From the NCBI GenBank assembly GCA_958433005.1, contig CAUAWV010000007.1, forward strand, positions 6,071 through 70,070: DNA of 64,000 nucleotides. Direction: 5' to 3'. The translations under genes were made by a program, and so were the position numbers. Origin of the DNA: an uncultured Collinsella sp. Its GTDB lineage: Bacteria; Actinomycetota; Coriobacteriia; Coriobacteriales; Coriobacteriaceae. The notes under the pieces are model-generated. The model was given only the letters and a program-made list of their open reading frames with translations, was not told the origin of the DNA and ran no database searches. Positions 22,401 to 26,963 of this stretch are shown one piece after another. Position 1 is the stretch's first letter. Every line of letters starts with the position of its first letter.

Positions 22401-23338
22401 TCTCGGGCGTCCCGTCCAAGGCCGGAGTGTCTACCTTTGACATCACGTGCAAGGACGCTCAGGGCGAGACCGTGACCGCGCACTTCGTGCTGGTTGTTCG
22501 GGCGAAACAGGTTGAGCTCGCGTTTGAGGGCGGCAACTTCGTCTATAGCGGTGACGCCCAGGCGCCCGAGGTCACGGGGGTTCCCAAGGCCTGCGAAGGC
22601 GACCTGAGGGTTAGGTATTACGGGACGGGCGGCACGCACTATTCGTCGAGTGAGGCCCCGACCGATGCTGGCACGTATCGCGCCGTTGTCACGCTGCGAA
22701 GCAACGGGTATATCGGCGCCGCCTCGCGCAAGTTCAGGATTGCGCCGGCGAAGCTTAAGGTAAAAGTCGACGATGTTGAACGCTTCGAGGGAGAGATGAA
22801 TCCCGCCTTTACCTCGAGCCTAAAGAGCTCGGCCGATACCTCGGGCGTGAAGGTCGAGTACTCCTGCGTCGCCGATGAGAGTTCCCCGGCGGGCGAGTAC
22901 CAGATCGAGGCGACGGTCACCGACCCGAACTTTGATGTCACGGTTGAGCCCGGTACGCTGACGGTGAAGAAGAAGCAGGAGCCTGTCGACCCGGACCCGG
23001 TGGTTCCCGATCCGGACAAGCCCGATGGACCCGATCCGGACAAGCCGGATAAGCCGGAGCCCGGCAAGCCGGACCCGGATAAGCCCGGGACGCCCGATTC
23101 CGACCAGTCGGATTCTGGGGATCCGGCAAAACCAGGTAGTTCGGCTGACTTCGCAGCCGATAAGGCAAGGGGCGATGGTGCGGAAAACCCCGGACAGAAG
23201 GCTTCGTCCAAGACGAGCGCTCAGCAGCTCGCCGATACGGGCGATCACGCGCCATTGGCCGTCGCCGTGGCTGCGGGCGCCGTTGCGCTTATCGCAATAG
23301 CGTTCGAGCTGCTGCGTCGTCGTCGATCGGACGCGTAA
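10481..23338 (+). CDS. Giant (4285 aa) cell-wall-anchored surface protein / putative adhesin. Domain order: signal peptide, Ser/Asp-rich region, 2x BspA-type leucine-rich-repeat modules, about 19 Listeria-Bacteroides (InlB B-type) repeats, 3x about 450-aa Ig/MBG-like tandem repeats with Pro/Asp-rich linkers, C-terminal LAxTG sorting signal.
   Basis: N-terminal 'MNRITAALYRFLVVYLSVAMVVTSIPLAPRAAYA|DD'. LRR consensus 'IGxxAFxxCxxLTxI'. Recurrent 'GYxFxGWY' repeats. C-terminus '...LADTG DHAPLAVAVAAGAVALIAIAF ELLRRRRSDA' is LAxTG + TM + basic tail, the class-E sortase substrate type. A single continuous ORF. Confidence 0.85.
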   Translation: MNRITAALYRFLVVYLSVAMVVTSIPLAPRAAYADDAGAVAVESEAQETDSSSDADVHAVDNASSSGEGSSSTASDQTNNAQDESSSSDTSTSTSSLAQDLSISATDSDAAKSLVATAEPSSDDSEVDPLLYEDPTVYEYAKLMPNGYVYPCDASGSVTVEIDGNDPYGSSVDGKLVTNLIVDYGVDGVPGYICEYSSNLRSVRFENSSISSIGLHAFSGCSNLADISFSGMTIGGIGTEAFSGCGSLTSLNINDVATIGSMGDAAFAWSGLRSTGLDKVVGLSSIPENAYNACSALTDTGLGGNTSITSIGVNAFKNCSRLATTGLESNTTIKTLREGCFSGTNMSGGLTLPLYSKIEELPSRAFYGSKLETVYLGCDHVVLINSTTFPKQYMTVMVPAKMVSQYESGHPKEVWESCNGSLPVPVGKMLQKIEISRDPDKMAYQPGEKISLEGMSVTFQYPHSTMDSDYEALIKEELGEYLTATPCDGDVFDESMDGEPIQLVYDDGYTRLVAYSKGNLQQAAYEYAKLMPNYYLYPCDANGNLTVEIDENNPRENSVDGRMVTNLIVDYGVDEVDAQLCADSTNLRSVRFENSSISKIGLHAFYNCPNLTDISLSGMTIGTIGKEAFYGCKSLTSLNISETTTIVSMGYAAFADSGLVSTGLDKVVGLTSIPDRAYEGCKALTDTGLDKNTSITSIGVCAFRFCSNLATTGLESNTTVQTLGHTCFYGTDLSGGLTLPYNSKIEELPEKAFGSTNLETVFFGCNHAVLINTDTFPKYNMTVMVPAKMIPKYANGHPKAVWERCNGCLPVPVGKVLEDVEISCDPNNMTYETGETISLEGMSVELHYPHTVSIWDYEALIQEELGEYLTATPCDGDVFDESMDGQPVKLVYDDGYSHFESQTKGTLQLKKPEPTSFQISYAQTIDKGERKLMDGVELSDVSGATTIDAGDEVTLDAGALGMLNDNITFKGWYDTESGKYISKEAACTFTPDKDLSLEARFKLKDYAVHVNDAQATDSSQDFAHLSVTAQNCYRNAGETVEVSAVTDNALFLGWYLGEGDDAYAASDQLDFTYTVDKADAIVSEDKTDARIEITPRYCAPQASVVLSVDGVDENGQPLGQFLSTGLYGIGSRVTVVAVPMPGYVFDYATDALGNVVFTGDDGPSYTFVLEGDVQYTAHFREETDPDESLAALKAALIAAITAAAVLATMYGLGEIVDPIAADAVIEIGMADNIEDVAAVGTKVLKEIKDIIDDHKKPKPHGDHKIEIITTAQPEVGGVVTGGGIHYEGTVATLEAVANPGYRFVCWKENGVEVSTSPLKTMTITDLTPEVVKMTAVFEKKVEITAVAEADGIQADFSTGCTASPVKQSITRGDQAMVTASEGPDYAFVGWFEDGVEVSPERTYIFKAEVDRHLVARFRKADKTILVNTDPFDSAEVLCDGVPVVDGKVRAKDGDILTFTMRPKVRPDNPEKTYRFVEWRETDAQGITIANKQEVCEYRVNGNARIEAVMDGRDAHTVRAEADPLEGGTVTLKRGETAGMVLEVPEGERVTAEATPSEGYIFDGWYLSNGGSDVTSTLVSSERSYTFEPITDCVIQAKFTRACKVDVVVEPAAAMAGKYLVHGEGYCMKGEPATLSIELTAEASKQFTFKGWYDAKTDLLLGTDPSYLEFYPEDVECTVRAVFEENTYTVTAKAKKTFVERGTVEIEGHPGASSVTCGYGDTVMLKAKANDGYRFDHWKDDSGKEYDTAELVVKVTKSDTYTAIFTDSKPEVMVTADSWLGGTVTCNGTVVKPTTDTFKLGETLHLTAKAHPGFLFRGWCVNGRLKSLKHETSLVAKARGKTGHCVITAGFVPIDTVCVPLADPAEGGTVKASRVLADRGAEVALKATPNPGYVFTGWYTADGTFESADAEFTCHQERSHVHIARFMAKSYEVDATTVVDSGTGSLIESSVAGWVEGTGTVEAGHAATLTAHALSGYAFEYWADASGAVVSRDTTYHVVPTSDTALQAVFSAKQYTVDVSCEESMGTVEGAGAYAAGQVATVRAVAAEDTAFVGWFRNGTCVSSKKTYRFTVREDTSLYALFASGSYVVHTVASPAEGGAVSGFGGYESGDRATLCATANTGYSFAGWTDDKGDSVSENADYTVKVTGNATYTATFTPKSYQVVLSASDDNVGTLSGEGSYQFGDTVELNATPMGTKRFVGWYVLDAEGNKSLLSCDAHCWVKLDEDMVEGLEDDTLELQAVFADPYEVTVTGEVVVKDKTSNRGCRVTGSGSFAVGDQVELTAVAGMGYRFVGWSTDKEGTSIVETATTLDVTATQDITYYAQFESDGQVTITVTGSSIFRGTALLVDGIPAGSRSYDRGDMFMAIAIPWKKHHFSHWVDDAGVTVSYSAFYIGTAKENRQLTAVFYETGCDVQVATYPKDAGFSMVALGTGGSYHSAAIMFTVPHKGWKFKYWVDENGMPVGFTPVINRVVFGNRTFTAVYERATMSVTAVDPRQGGHVEGSSEDESLGYAVTNEVENGESTTLTAVPDAGYVFDGWYARNDDGSLGDEPLSTDATWTFVPEDNMTVEARFAEAPKYKVTARAVNGSVDSESALVATDGKVTLSATPDEGCYLTRVTVAEEAGDDGSAGNAYDLDISDYKGGAYEVTLSGVSAPQQVTFEFAKAAAPEVLAQPQDASAYEGDPVDLSVAAEAGRNVRVHAAVSSGSAADVKLSYQWYRVSDDSGKAVALKGEAGETLSIAQLDSDGEGEYFCRITQNYLGTVTKTDTEHAKVSIVPREALVFNGRVLPVATAHDEYRAEIAGATGGKAPYAYNLDDVEVPEGMQLTLADDGSGALVLSGVPAATGVHSFKIRCTDDLGNKCDAHFALLVKAKEAPLTFEGQTFTYNATAQAPELSGVPEGCEDDVKLTYVGTGDTHYSSDKAPVDAGTYRAVVTLDAKGYVGNASCDFTIEKAPVDISIETSDVTYDGARHSAAVAVAGLDASAYSVVYRGIDGTSYGPTALEPCDSGNYRVTVKVTDPNYQGKKSAEFSITKASQVITGTTSYSGVYGGDPIVFNNVAQTPVSFELVDSDDDASPVSIKGRCATVKAAGTARVVAHAAASRNYLAAEDVELSVSVAPAQLLVKVDDAERFEGQENPEFTSSLVSRCDTSDVKVTYFCSANKKSPAGEYQIDAAVADPNFDVAVDPGTLTVKKKPEHYKVTAKAVNGSVDNDLVSVVEGGDATLSATPDEGCYLERVTVAQAGSDATVDLDISDYKGGAYKVSLSDVTASQEVTFEFAKADAPRVVAQPQDVSVHEGDSAVLSVVADAGKNVADHATSSTGCAAEVELSYQWFRMVNGKAVALDGETGETLSLADLDDEQAGEYFCRITQRYLDTEKQTDSDCASVSVVAWDTLVFNGDLLPAASAHSTYIATIAGAAGGKAPYEYAWDETKLPDGLKLSRTSGGLTLSGVPSKTGVSAFEITCTDVRGEAMTARFAFVVQAKRVKLTFADSDFTFNGASQAPEVSGAPKVCKGDLKVWYYGCGSTQYSSTDAPTDAGAYRAVVTLRSHGYIGAAACEFEIAPAKLKVKVDDAERFEGEANPAFTSSLESAVDTSGVKVEYSCDADESSPAGVYQIGATVTDPNFDVEVVPGTLTVKKKQEPVDPDPDNPDPGQPDPNPDPDNPEPDNPDNPDPDNPDPDQPDPNPDPDNPEPDNPDPDPKPDPDNPDPDNPEPDNPDKPERFEVTAKAVNGSVDNASVTVDAGGDVTLSATPDEGCYLERVTVTEAGSDKAIDLDISGYEGGAYKVTLSGVTASHEITFEFAKADAPKVIAQPQDASAYEGDAVVLSVAAEAGESVADHAGSSTGPAGDVELSYQWFHMVDGKAVALEGETGETLLIEGLDGDCAGEYFCRVTQRYLGTEMQADSDRAVVSVVPRDALVFNGGLLPVARAHSTYRATILGAAGGEAPYEYTWDEAKLPDGFKLTRTAGGLTLSGVPSKAGVSTFDITCKDAQGETVTAHFVLVVRAKQVELAFEGGNFVYSGDAQAPEVTGVPKACEGDLRVRYYGTGGTHYSSSEAPTDAGTYRAVVTLRSNGYIGAASRKFRIAPAKLKVKVDDVERFEGEMNPAFTSSLKSSADTSGVKVEYSCVADESSPAGEYQIEATVTDPNFDVTVEPGTLTVKKKQEPVDPDPVVPDPDKPDGPDPDKPDKPEPGKPDPDKPGTPDSDQSDSGDPAKPGSSADFAADKARGDGAENPGQKASSKTSAQQLADTGDHAPLAVAVAAGAVALIAIAFELLRRRRSDA
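10892..13200 (+). repeat. Tandem duplication (2 x about 1.16 kb) encoding two LRR + Ig-like modules inside the giant gene.
   Basis: The protein segment 'YEYAKLMPNGYVYPCD...LVYDDGYT' recurs as 'YEYAKLMPNYYLYPCD...LVYDDGYS' at about 75% amino-acid identity. Confidence 0.8.
18205..22985 (+). repeat. Three large tandem coding repeats (about 1.86 kb, 1.35 kb, 1.35 kb) in the 3' part of the giant gene. Each starts 'VTAKAVNGSVD...TLSATPDEGCYLERVTV' and ends '...TDPNFDV.V.PGTLTVKKK'.
   Basis: Near-identical protein blocks start at about 18205, 20065 and 21641. Repeats 2 and 3 are separated by Pro/Asp linkers. Confidence 0.8.
21412..21640 (+). repeat. Short-period tandem nucleotide repeat encoding a (P-D-N/P-D-P/E-P-D) linker. 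A second, shorter tract lies at about 22990..23110.
   Basis: Reiterated 'gacccggataatccggagccggacaatcc'-type units, translating to 'PDPDNPDPGQPDPNPDPDNPEPDNPD...'. Confidence 0.75.
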
Positions 23339-23404
23339 CGGCTCAGAAGGGGTGGCTAGATTGAAGCTTTGCGCGATTTAGTCTGCTAAAGCGTATATAC
23401 TTGC

Positions 23405-23434
23405 GGGACGGGTCTTTTGCCCGTCCCGTTTTTG
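23405..23434 (+). terminator. Rho-independent terminator after the giant gene.
   Basis: cgggacggg-tcttttg-cccgtcccg followed by ttttt. Confidence 0.75.
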
Positions 23435-23456
23435 TCTCGACTCGAAAGGTGGTCCC

Positions 23457-24815
23457 ATGGCCTCATCCGCCCCTCGCGGCCTGCGCTCCGACCATGTCCT
23501 CACTGTCGGCATCGCCCTGTTCTCGATGCTCTTTGGCGCCGGCAACCTCATTATTCCGCCGCTGCTGGCGCTGCAGGCAGGTTCTGCCACGCCGGTCGCC
23601 ATGCTTGGATTTCTCATTGCCGCCATTGGCCTGCCCGTCATGGGCTTTATCGCCGTGGCGCTTGCCGGAACGGCGCGCGAGCTTGCCGGCCGCGTGCACC
23701 CCAAGTTTGGCGAGTTCTTTGTCGCGGCGGTGTATCTGGCTATCGGCCCGTGTCTGGCCATTCCGCGTACGAGCTCCACAGCCTTCGAGATGCTGGTGCC
23801 GCTGCTGCCCGAGGGCGTCTCGCATGGCACCGCGCGCTTGGTCTTCGCCGTCGCCTTCTTCGTGGTCGCATTTGCGCTCACGCTGCGTCCCGGCGTCATC
23901 ACGCGCGTGCTCGGCCGCATTACGGGCCCCGCGCTCATCGCCCTTATCGTGTTGGTCGTGTGCGCAGCCGTGGTTTCGCCGCTGGGTCCCGCTGCCGCGC
24001 CGCAGGCTCCCTATAATGCCGGTGCTGCCGTGCAGGGCTTTTTGACCGGCTACCAGACCATGGACCTGCTCGCCTCGCTCGCCTTTGGCATCATCATCGC
24101 CGAGACTATCCACGAGCTGGGGGTTACCGATGACAAGCGCGTTGCCTTCGAGATTTCGCGCTCCGGCGTGATCGCCGGTGTGCTCATGGCCATCATCTAC
24201 TGCGGCCTAGCACTTGCCGGCGCGCAGCTCAGCACCGTGATGCCCGATGCCACCAACGGTGCCGCCATCCTCGCCCGTTCCGCCTCCATGCACTTTGGTC
24301 TTGCCGGCACGGTCGTGGTCTTTGCGATCTTTTTCCTCGCCTGCATGAACGTGTGCATCGGCCTTATCAGCTGCTGCTCGCGTTACTTCTGCGAGACGTA
24401 TGTGGTTAAAGGGGGAGCGGAGGCTTCCGAGGAGGCCATGCGCCGTCCCTTTGCGGTTCTCGCCTTTGTGTTCGCGACGTTTTCGTGCGTGCTCTCCAAC
24501 GTGGGTCTCGACGTGATCCTCATGTTCTCGGTGCCCATGCTCAACGCCCTGTACCCCGTCGCCATCGTGCTGGTGCTTATGGGTCTGGTACACGGTTTTT
24601 GCGACGCGCATCCGCAGGTGTGGGTCTGGGTCGGCGGCGTTGTCGCTGTCCAGAGCGTGATCACCTCGGTTCGTGATGCGTTCTTTGCTGGCGCGTGGCT
24701 GCCGTTTGATGCGCTGCCGCTGGCAGACATTGGAGCCGCGTGGGCGCCGGTTGCCATGGTGGCGTTTGCGATCGGCCTGCTCCACAGCCGGTTTGTCGCA
24801 CATTCGAGGAGCTAG
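23457..24815 (+). CDS. brnQ: Branched-chain amino acid transport system II carrier (LIVCS family).
   Basis: 'SMLFGAGNLIIPPLLA' signature, polytopic membrane protein, 452 aa. Confidence 0.85.
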   Translation: MASSAPRGLRSDHVLTVGIALFSMLFGAGNLIIPPLLALQAGSATPVAMLGFLIAAIGLPVMGFIAVALAGTARELAGRVHPKFGEFFVAAVYLAIGPCLAIPRTSSTAFEMLVPLLPEGVSHGTARLVFAVAFFVVAFALTLRPGVITRVLGRITGPALIALIVLVVCAAVVSPLGPAAAPQAPYNAGAAVQGFLTGYQTMDLLASLAFGIIIAETIHELGVTDDKRVAFEISRSGVIAGVLMAIIYCGLALAGAQLSTVMPDATNGAAILARSASMHFGLAGTVVVFAIFFLACMNVCIGLISCCSRYFCETYVVKGGAEASEEAMRRPFAVLAFVFATFSCVLSNVGLDVILMFSVPMLNALYPVAIVLVLMGLVHGFCDAHPQVWVWVGGVVAVQSVITSVRDAFFAGAWLPFDALPLADIGAAWAPVAMVAFAIGLLHSRFVAHSRS

Positions 24816-24906
24816 GGTATCGTCGCTTGCACAGGCGGGGAGTCTCCCCTATAATTTCCTTCGCTTTGGGACACGCAAGGTTTAGACCTTAGCTGCTCAA
24901 CACCTT

Positions 24907-24983
24907 CGGGACGTGGCGCAGTTTGGTAGCGCGCCTGCTTTGGGAGCAGGATGACGCAGGTTCAAATCCTGTCGTCCCGACCA
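24907..24983 (+). tRNA. tRNA-Pro (anticodon TGG), CCA encoded.
   Basis: Manual cloverleaf: acceptor CGGGACG/CGTCCCG; D-stem GCGC/GCGC; anticodon stem CCTGC/GCAGG with loop TTTGGGA; T-arm GCAGG-TTCAAAT-CCTGT. Confidence 0.85.
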
Positions 24984-24989
24984 TATCTT

Positions 24990-25063
24990 GCGGGCGGCGT
25001 TCAATGGTAGAACCCCAGCCTTCCAAGCTGATGACGCGGGTTCGATTCCCGTCGCCCGCTCCA
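24990..25063 (+). tRNA. tRNA-Gly (anticodon TCC), CCA encoded.
   Basis: Acceptor GCGGGCG/CGCCCGC; D-arm GTTC-AATGGTA-GAAC; anticodon loop CTTCCAA; T-loop TTCGATT. Confidence 0.8.
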
Positions 25064-25074
25064 CAAGATAGATG

Positions 25075-25110
25075 AATGGCTCTGCTTCCTTTTGGGAACA
25101 GAGCCATTTT
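25075..25110 (+). terminator. Rho-independent terminator downstream of the tRNA pair.
   Basis: aatggctctg-cttccttttgggaa-cagagccatt followed by TT. Confidence 0.6.
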
Positions 25111-25168
25111 CATAAGTGTGCCGGGTGACGGAAATCGATCCCGCACCGCAACTTAGGAGGGGATGGGG

Positions 25169-25624
25169 TTAGCTGCGGGGGTGGTGGCGGAGCTTGTCGA
25201 TAGTGGCGTCGGTGCTGTGGCCGCGGGCGTCGGCAGCGGTTTGGCGCTTGCGGCGGTAATCGATCATGCCTTGGATGATGGGCTTGCCAAAGCTCACGAC
25301 ATCATCGTTGTAGATGGCGGTTCGGGCTGCGAGGAGGCAGTCGGAAAAGTCCATATGGGTCTTGCCAAAGAGTTTGACGGCAAGGGCGACAACGGTGGGC
25401 TCGTCGACCATGACGTCATCGAGCAGCCTTTTCATGGCCGCAGCAATCTCAACGCGGGGAACCTTATAGACGTCGCGCAGTGTGACCACGACGCGCGTGA
25501 TGATTTCGGGGTAGACACGAGCAGTGCGCGTGGCGATGACCTTGGCGGCGCGCGGTGACAGAACTTCGTCGTCGTCAAGCAGGTAGCGTAGGATGACGGT
25601 CTCGTCGATGATGGTGCTACTCAT
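25169..25624 (-). CDS. PIN-domain (VapC-like) toxin.
   Basis: 'IIDETVILRYLLDDDE' N-terminal acidic PIN motif, conserved E in '...VPRVEIAAA...', C-terminal '...HMDFSDCLLAARTA...NDDVVSF'. Overlaps the upstream antitoxin gene by 8 nt. Confidence 0.55.
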   Translation of the reverse strand: MSSTIIDETVILRYLLDDDEVLSPRAAKVIATRTARVYPEIITRVVVTLRDVYKVPRVEIAAAMKRLLDDVMVDEPTVVALAVKLFGKTHMDFSDCLLAARTAIYNDDVVSFGKPIIQGMIDYRRKRQTAADARGHSTDATIDKLRHHPRS

Positions 25625-25943
25625 GGATATCTACTTCCTCGGGGCCCAAAATCGAATCGTCGCTTTCTGCAGCAAGGTACTCAATCCAGGCATTGCGCTC
25701 CTCGGAGCGGCGATTGGAGTCCCCATATGCTTTGAGCGATCCATAGGCGGCGGTGCCGTCCTTTGAGCGCACGGCGACCGGCTGAAAGGGAAGCTTGCGC
25801 ATCAAAATGCTCTGCGCGACAAAAAGGCGCACGGCCTCGGCGAGCGATGTGCCCATGGCGTCGTAGAGACGCTCGGCATGCTGCTTATCTTCCTCGCGAA
25901 TGCGCACCTGCAGGATGGCTCGTTTTTGAGTCGATGACATCAC
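25617..25943 (-). CDS. RelB/DinJ-family antitoxin.
   Basis: 'KRAILQVRIREEDKQHAERLYDAMGTSLAEAVRLFVAQSILMRKLPFQP' matches the DinJ/RelB ribbon-helix-helix N-terminal pattern (RIDxxLKxxA...GLSxSxA...F...LPF). Confidence 0.6.
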   Translation of the reverse strand: MMSSTQKRAILQVRIREEDKQHAERLYDAMGTSLAEAVRLFVAQSILMRKLPFQPVAVRSKDGTAAYGSLKAYGDSNRRSEERNAWIEYLAAESDDSILGPEEVDIHE

Positions 25944-26167
25944 TGGCCTCCCTTAATGAGCGTGCAATTTGAATAGTCAAATACAGCATCGGCTAATAAT
26001 AGCCAATCTTACAACCACTACTTTATTGCACTAGAGTAATTGAGTGTAAACGATATTACAAACGTACTACATCCTTTATAAACGAGCGTGAAATCTCCCC
26101 TGGATGTACGCATGTAATACACTCACCTTTATAGCTTCTAGAGAATAATTCCAACCTGCCAAAACCC

Positions 26168-26189
26168 CTGCAATACACCCGTATTGCAG
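26168..26189. promoter_or_regulatory. Perfect 9-bp inverted repeat CTGCAATAC-ACCC-GTATTGCAG, inside the AT-rich region upstream of the fdh/hyf operon.
   Basis: Read directly. It lies about 180 nt upstream of the HycB-like gene start. A TGCC-N8-TGCA sigma-54-like element immediately upstream is only partial. Confidence 0.4.
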
Positions 26190-26369
26190 GGCCTATGCTC
26201 AAGTTTGCCCCCTGCAACTGCGTATATTTAACCTGTATATCGTTGGAGGAATTCTATCGAAGTGCCTGTTTCGCCGCATGCACTCGATACGCCGACGCCG
26301 GACCACGGGCGGTCCGGGGCAACGTCGGCAGGGTCTCTCCGGCATGGGATTCAGGAGGGAGTGAACAAC

Positions 26370-26888
26370 ATGGGCAATAAACGAGTCGTGGCTGATTCTT
26401 CACGCTGCATTGGGTGCCAAACCTGTATGGCGGCGTGCATCGAGGCACACGATATTCCCGGCAACATCGCCGCACCTCGCTTGCGCGTAACGCGCACCTA
26501 CGAGATCTCCGCGCCGGTGGCATGTCACCACTGCGAGGACGCTCCGTGCGCGAAGGCCTGTCCTACGGGCGCCTTGTTCTTTGATCCAAAGAACCATCGT
26601 ATCGGCGTCAACGAGGACAACTGCATCGGCTGCAAGAGCTGCGTTATGGCATGCCCCTTTGGCGCCGTGAGCGTGGCGACCACGCAGGTCCCCGTCTTGA
26701 TGGGTGACGTTCGCGTGGGTTCGCAGACTAAGAGCTTCGTGCTCAAGTGCGACCTGTGCGTGGACCGTCCCGGCGGTCCGGCGTGTGCCGAGGCGTGCCC
26801 GACCAAGGGCCTCACCCTGGTAGACGAGGAGCGTCTGGCAGAACTGACTGCCGAGCGTGCCCGCGCCACCATCGAAAACGAGGCGTAA
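26370..26888 (+). CDS. 4x[4Fe-4S] ferredoxin-type electron-transfer subunit (HycB/HydN-like) of formate dehydrogenase / formate hydrogenlyase.
   Basis: Four CxxCxxCxxxCP motifs (e.g. 'CIGCQTCMAAC', 'CHHCEDAPCAKACP', 'CIGCKSCVMACP'). ATG 26370 follows an 'aggaggga' RBS. Confidence 0.8.
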   Translation: MGNKRVVADSSRCIGCQTCMAACIEAHDIPGNIAAPRLRVTRTYEISAPVACHHCEDAPCAKACPTGALFFDPKNHRIGVNEDNCIGCKSCVMACPFGAVSVATTQVPVLMGDVRVGSQTKSFVLKCDLCVDRPGGPACAEACPTKGLTLVDEERLAELTAERARATIENEA

Positions 26889-26963
26889 GTGTTGGGGCGA
26901 CAGGCCCAATGATTGTCAAATACGTACCGATTAATCGGTAGCAGAGAAAGGAAGGAGGGTGTC

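Noticed and set aside
25163-25558. 131-aa + strand ORF
   Set aside because: Antisense overlap of the PIN-toxin gene, Gly/Ala/Val-rich with no motifs. The TA pair on the - strand has coherent domain signatures and a 4-8 nt overlap typical of TA operons.
26130-26215. Possible sigma-54 (-24/-12) promoter upstream of the fdh/hyf operon
   Set aside because: The best candidate, cTGCCAaaaccccTGCAat, has TGCC instead of the invariant GG at -24. It is not convincing without a search. Only the inverted repeat is reported.
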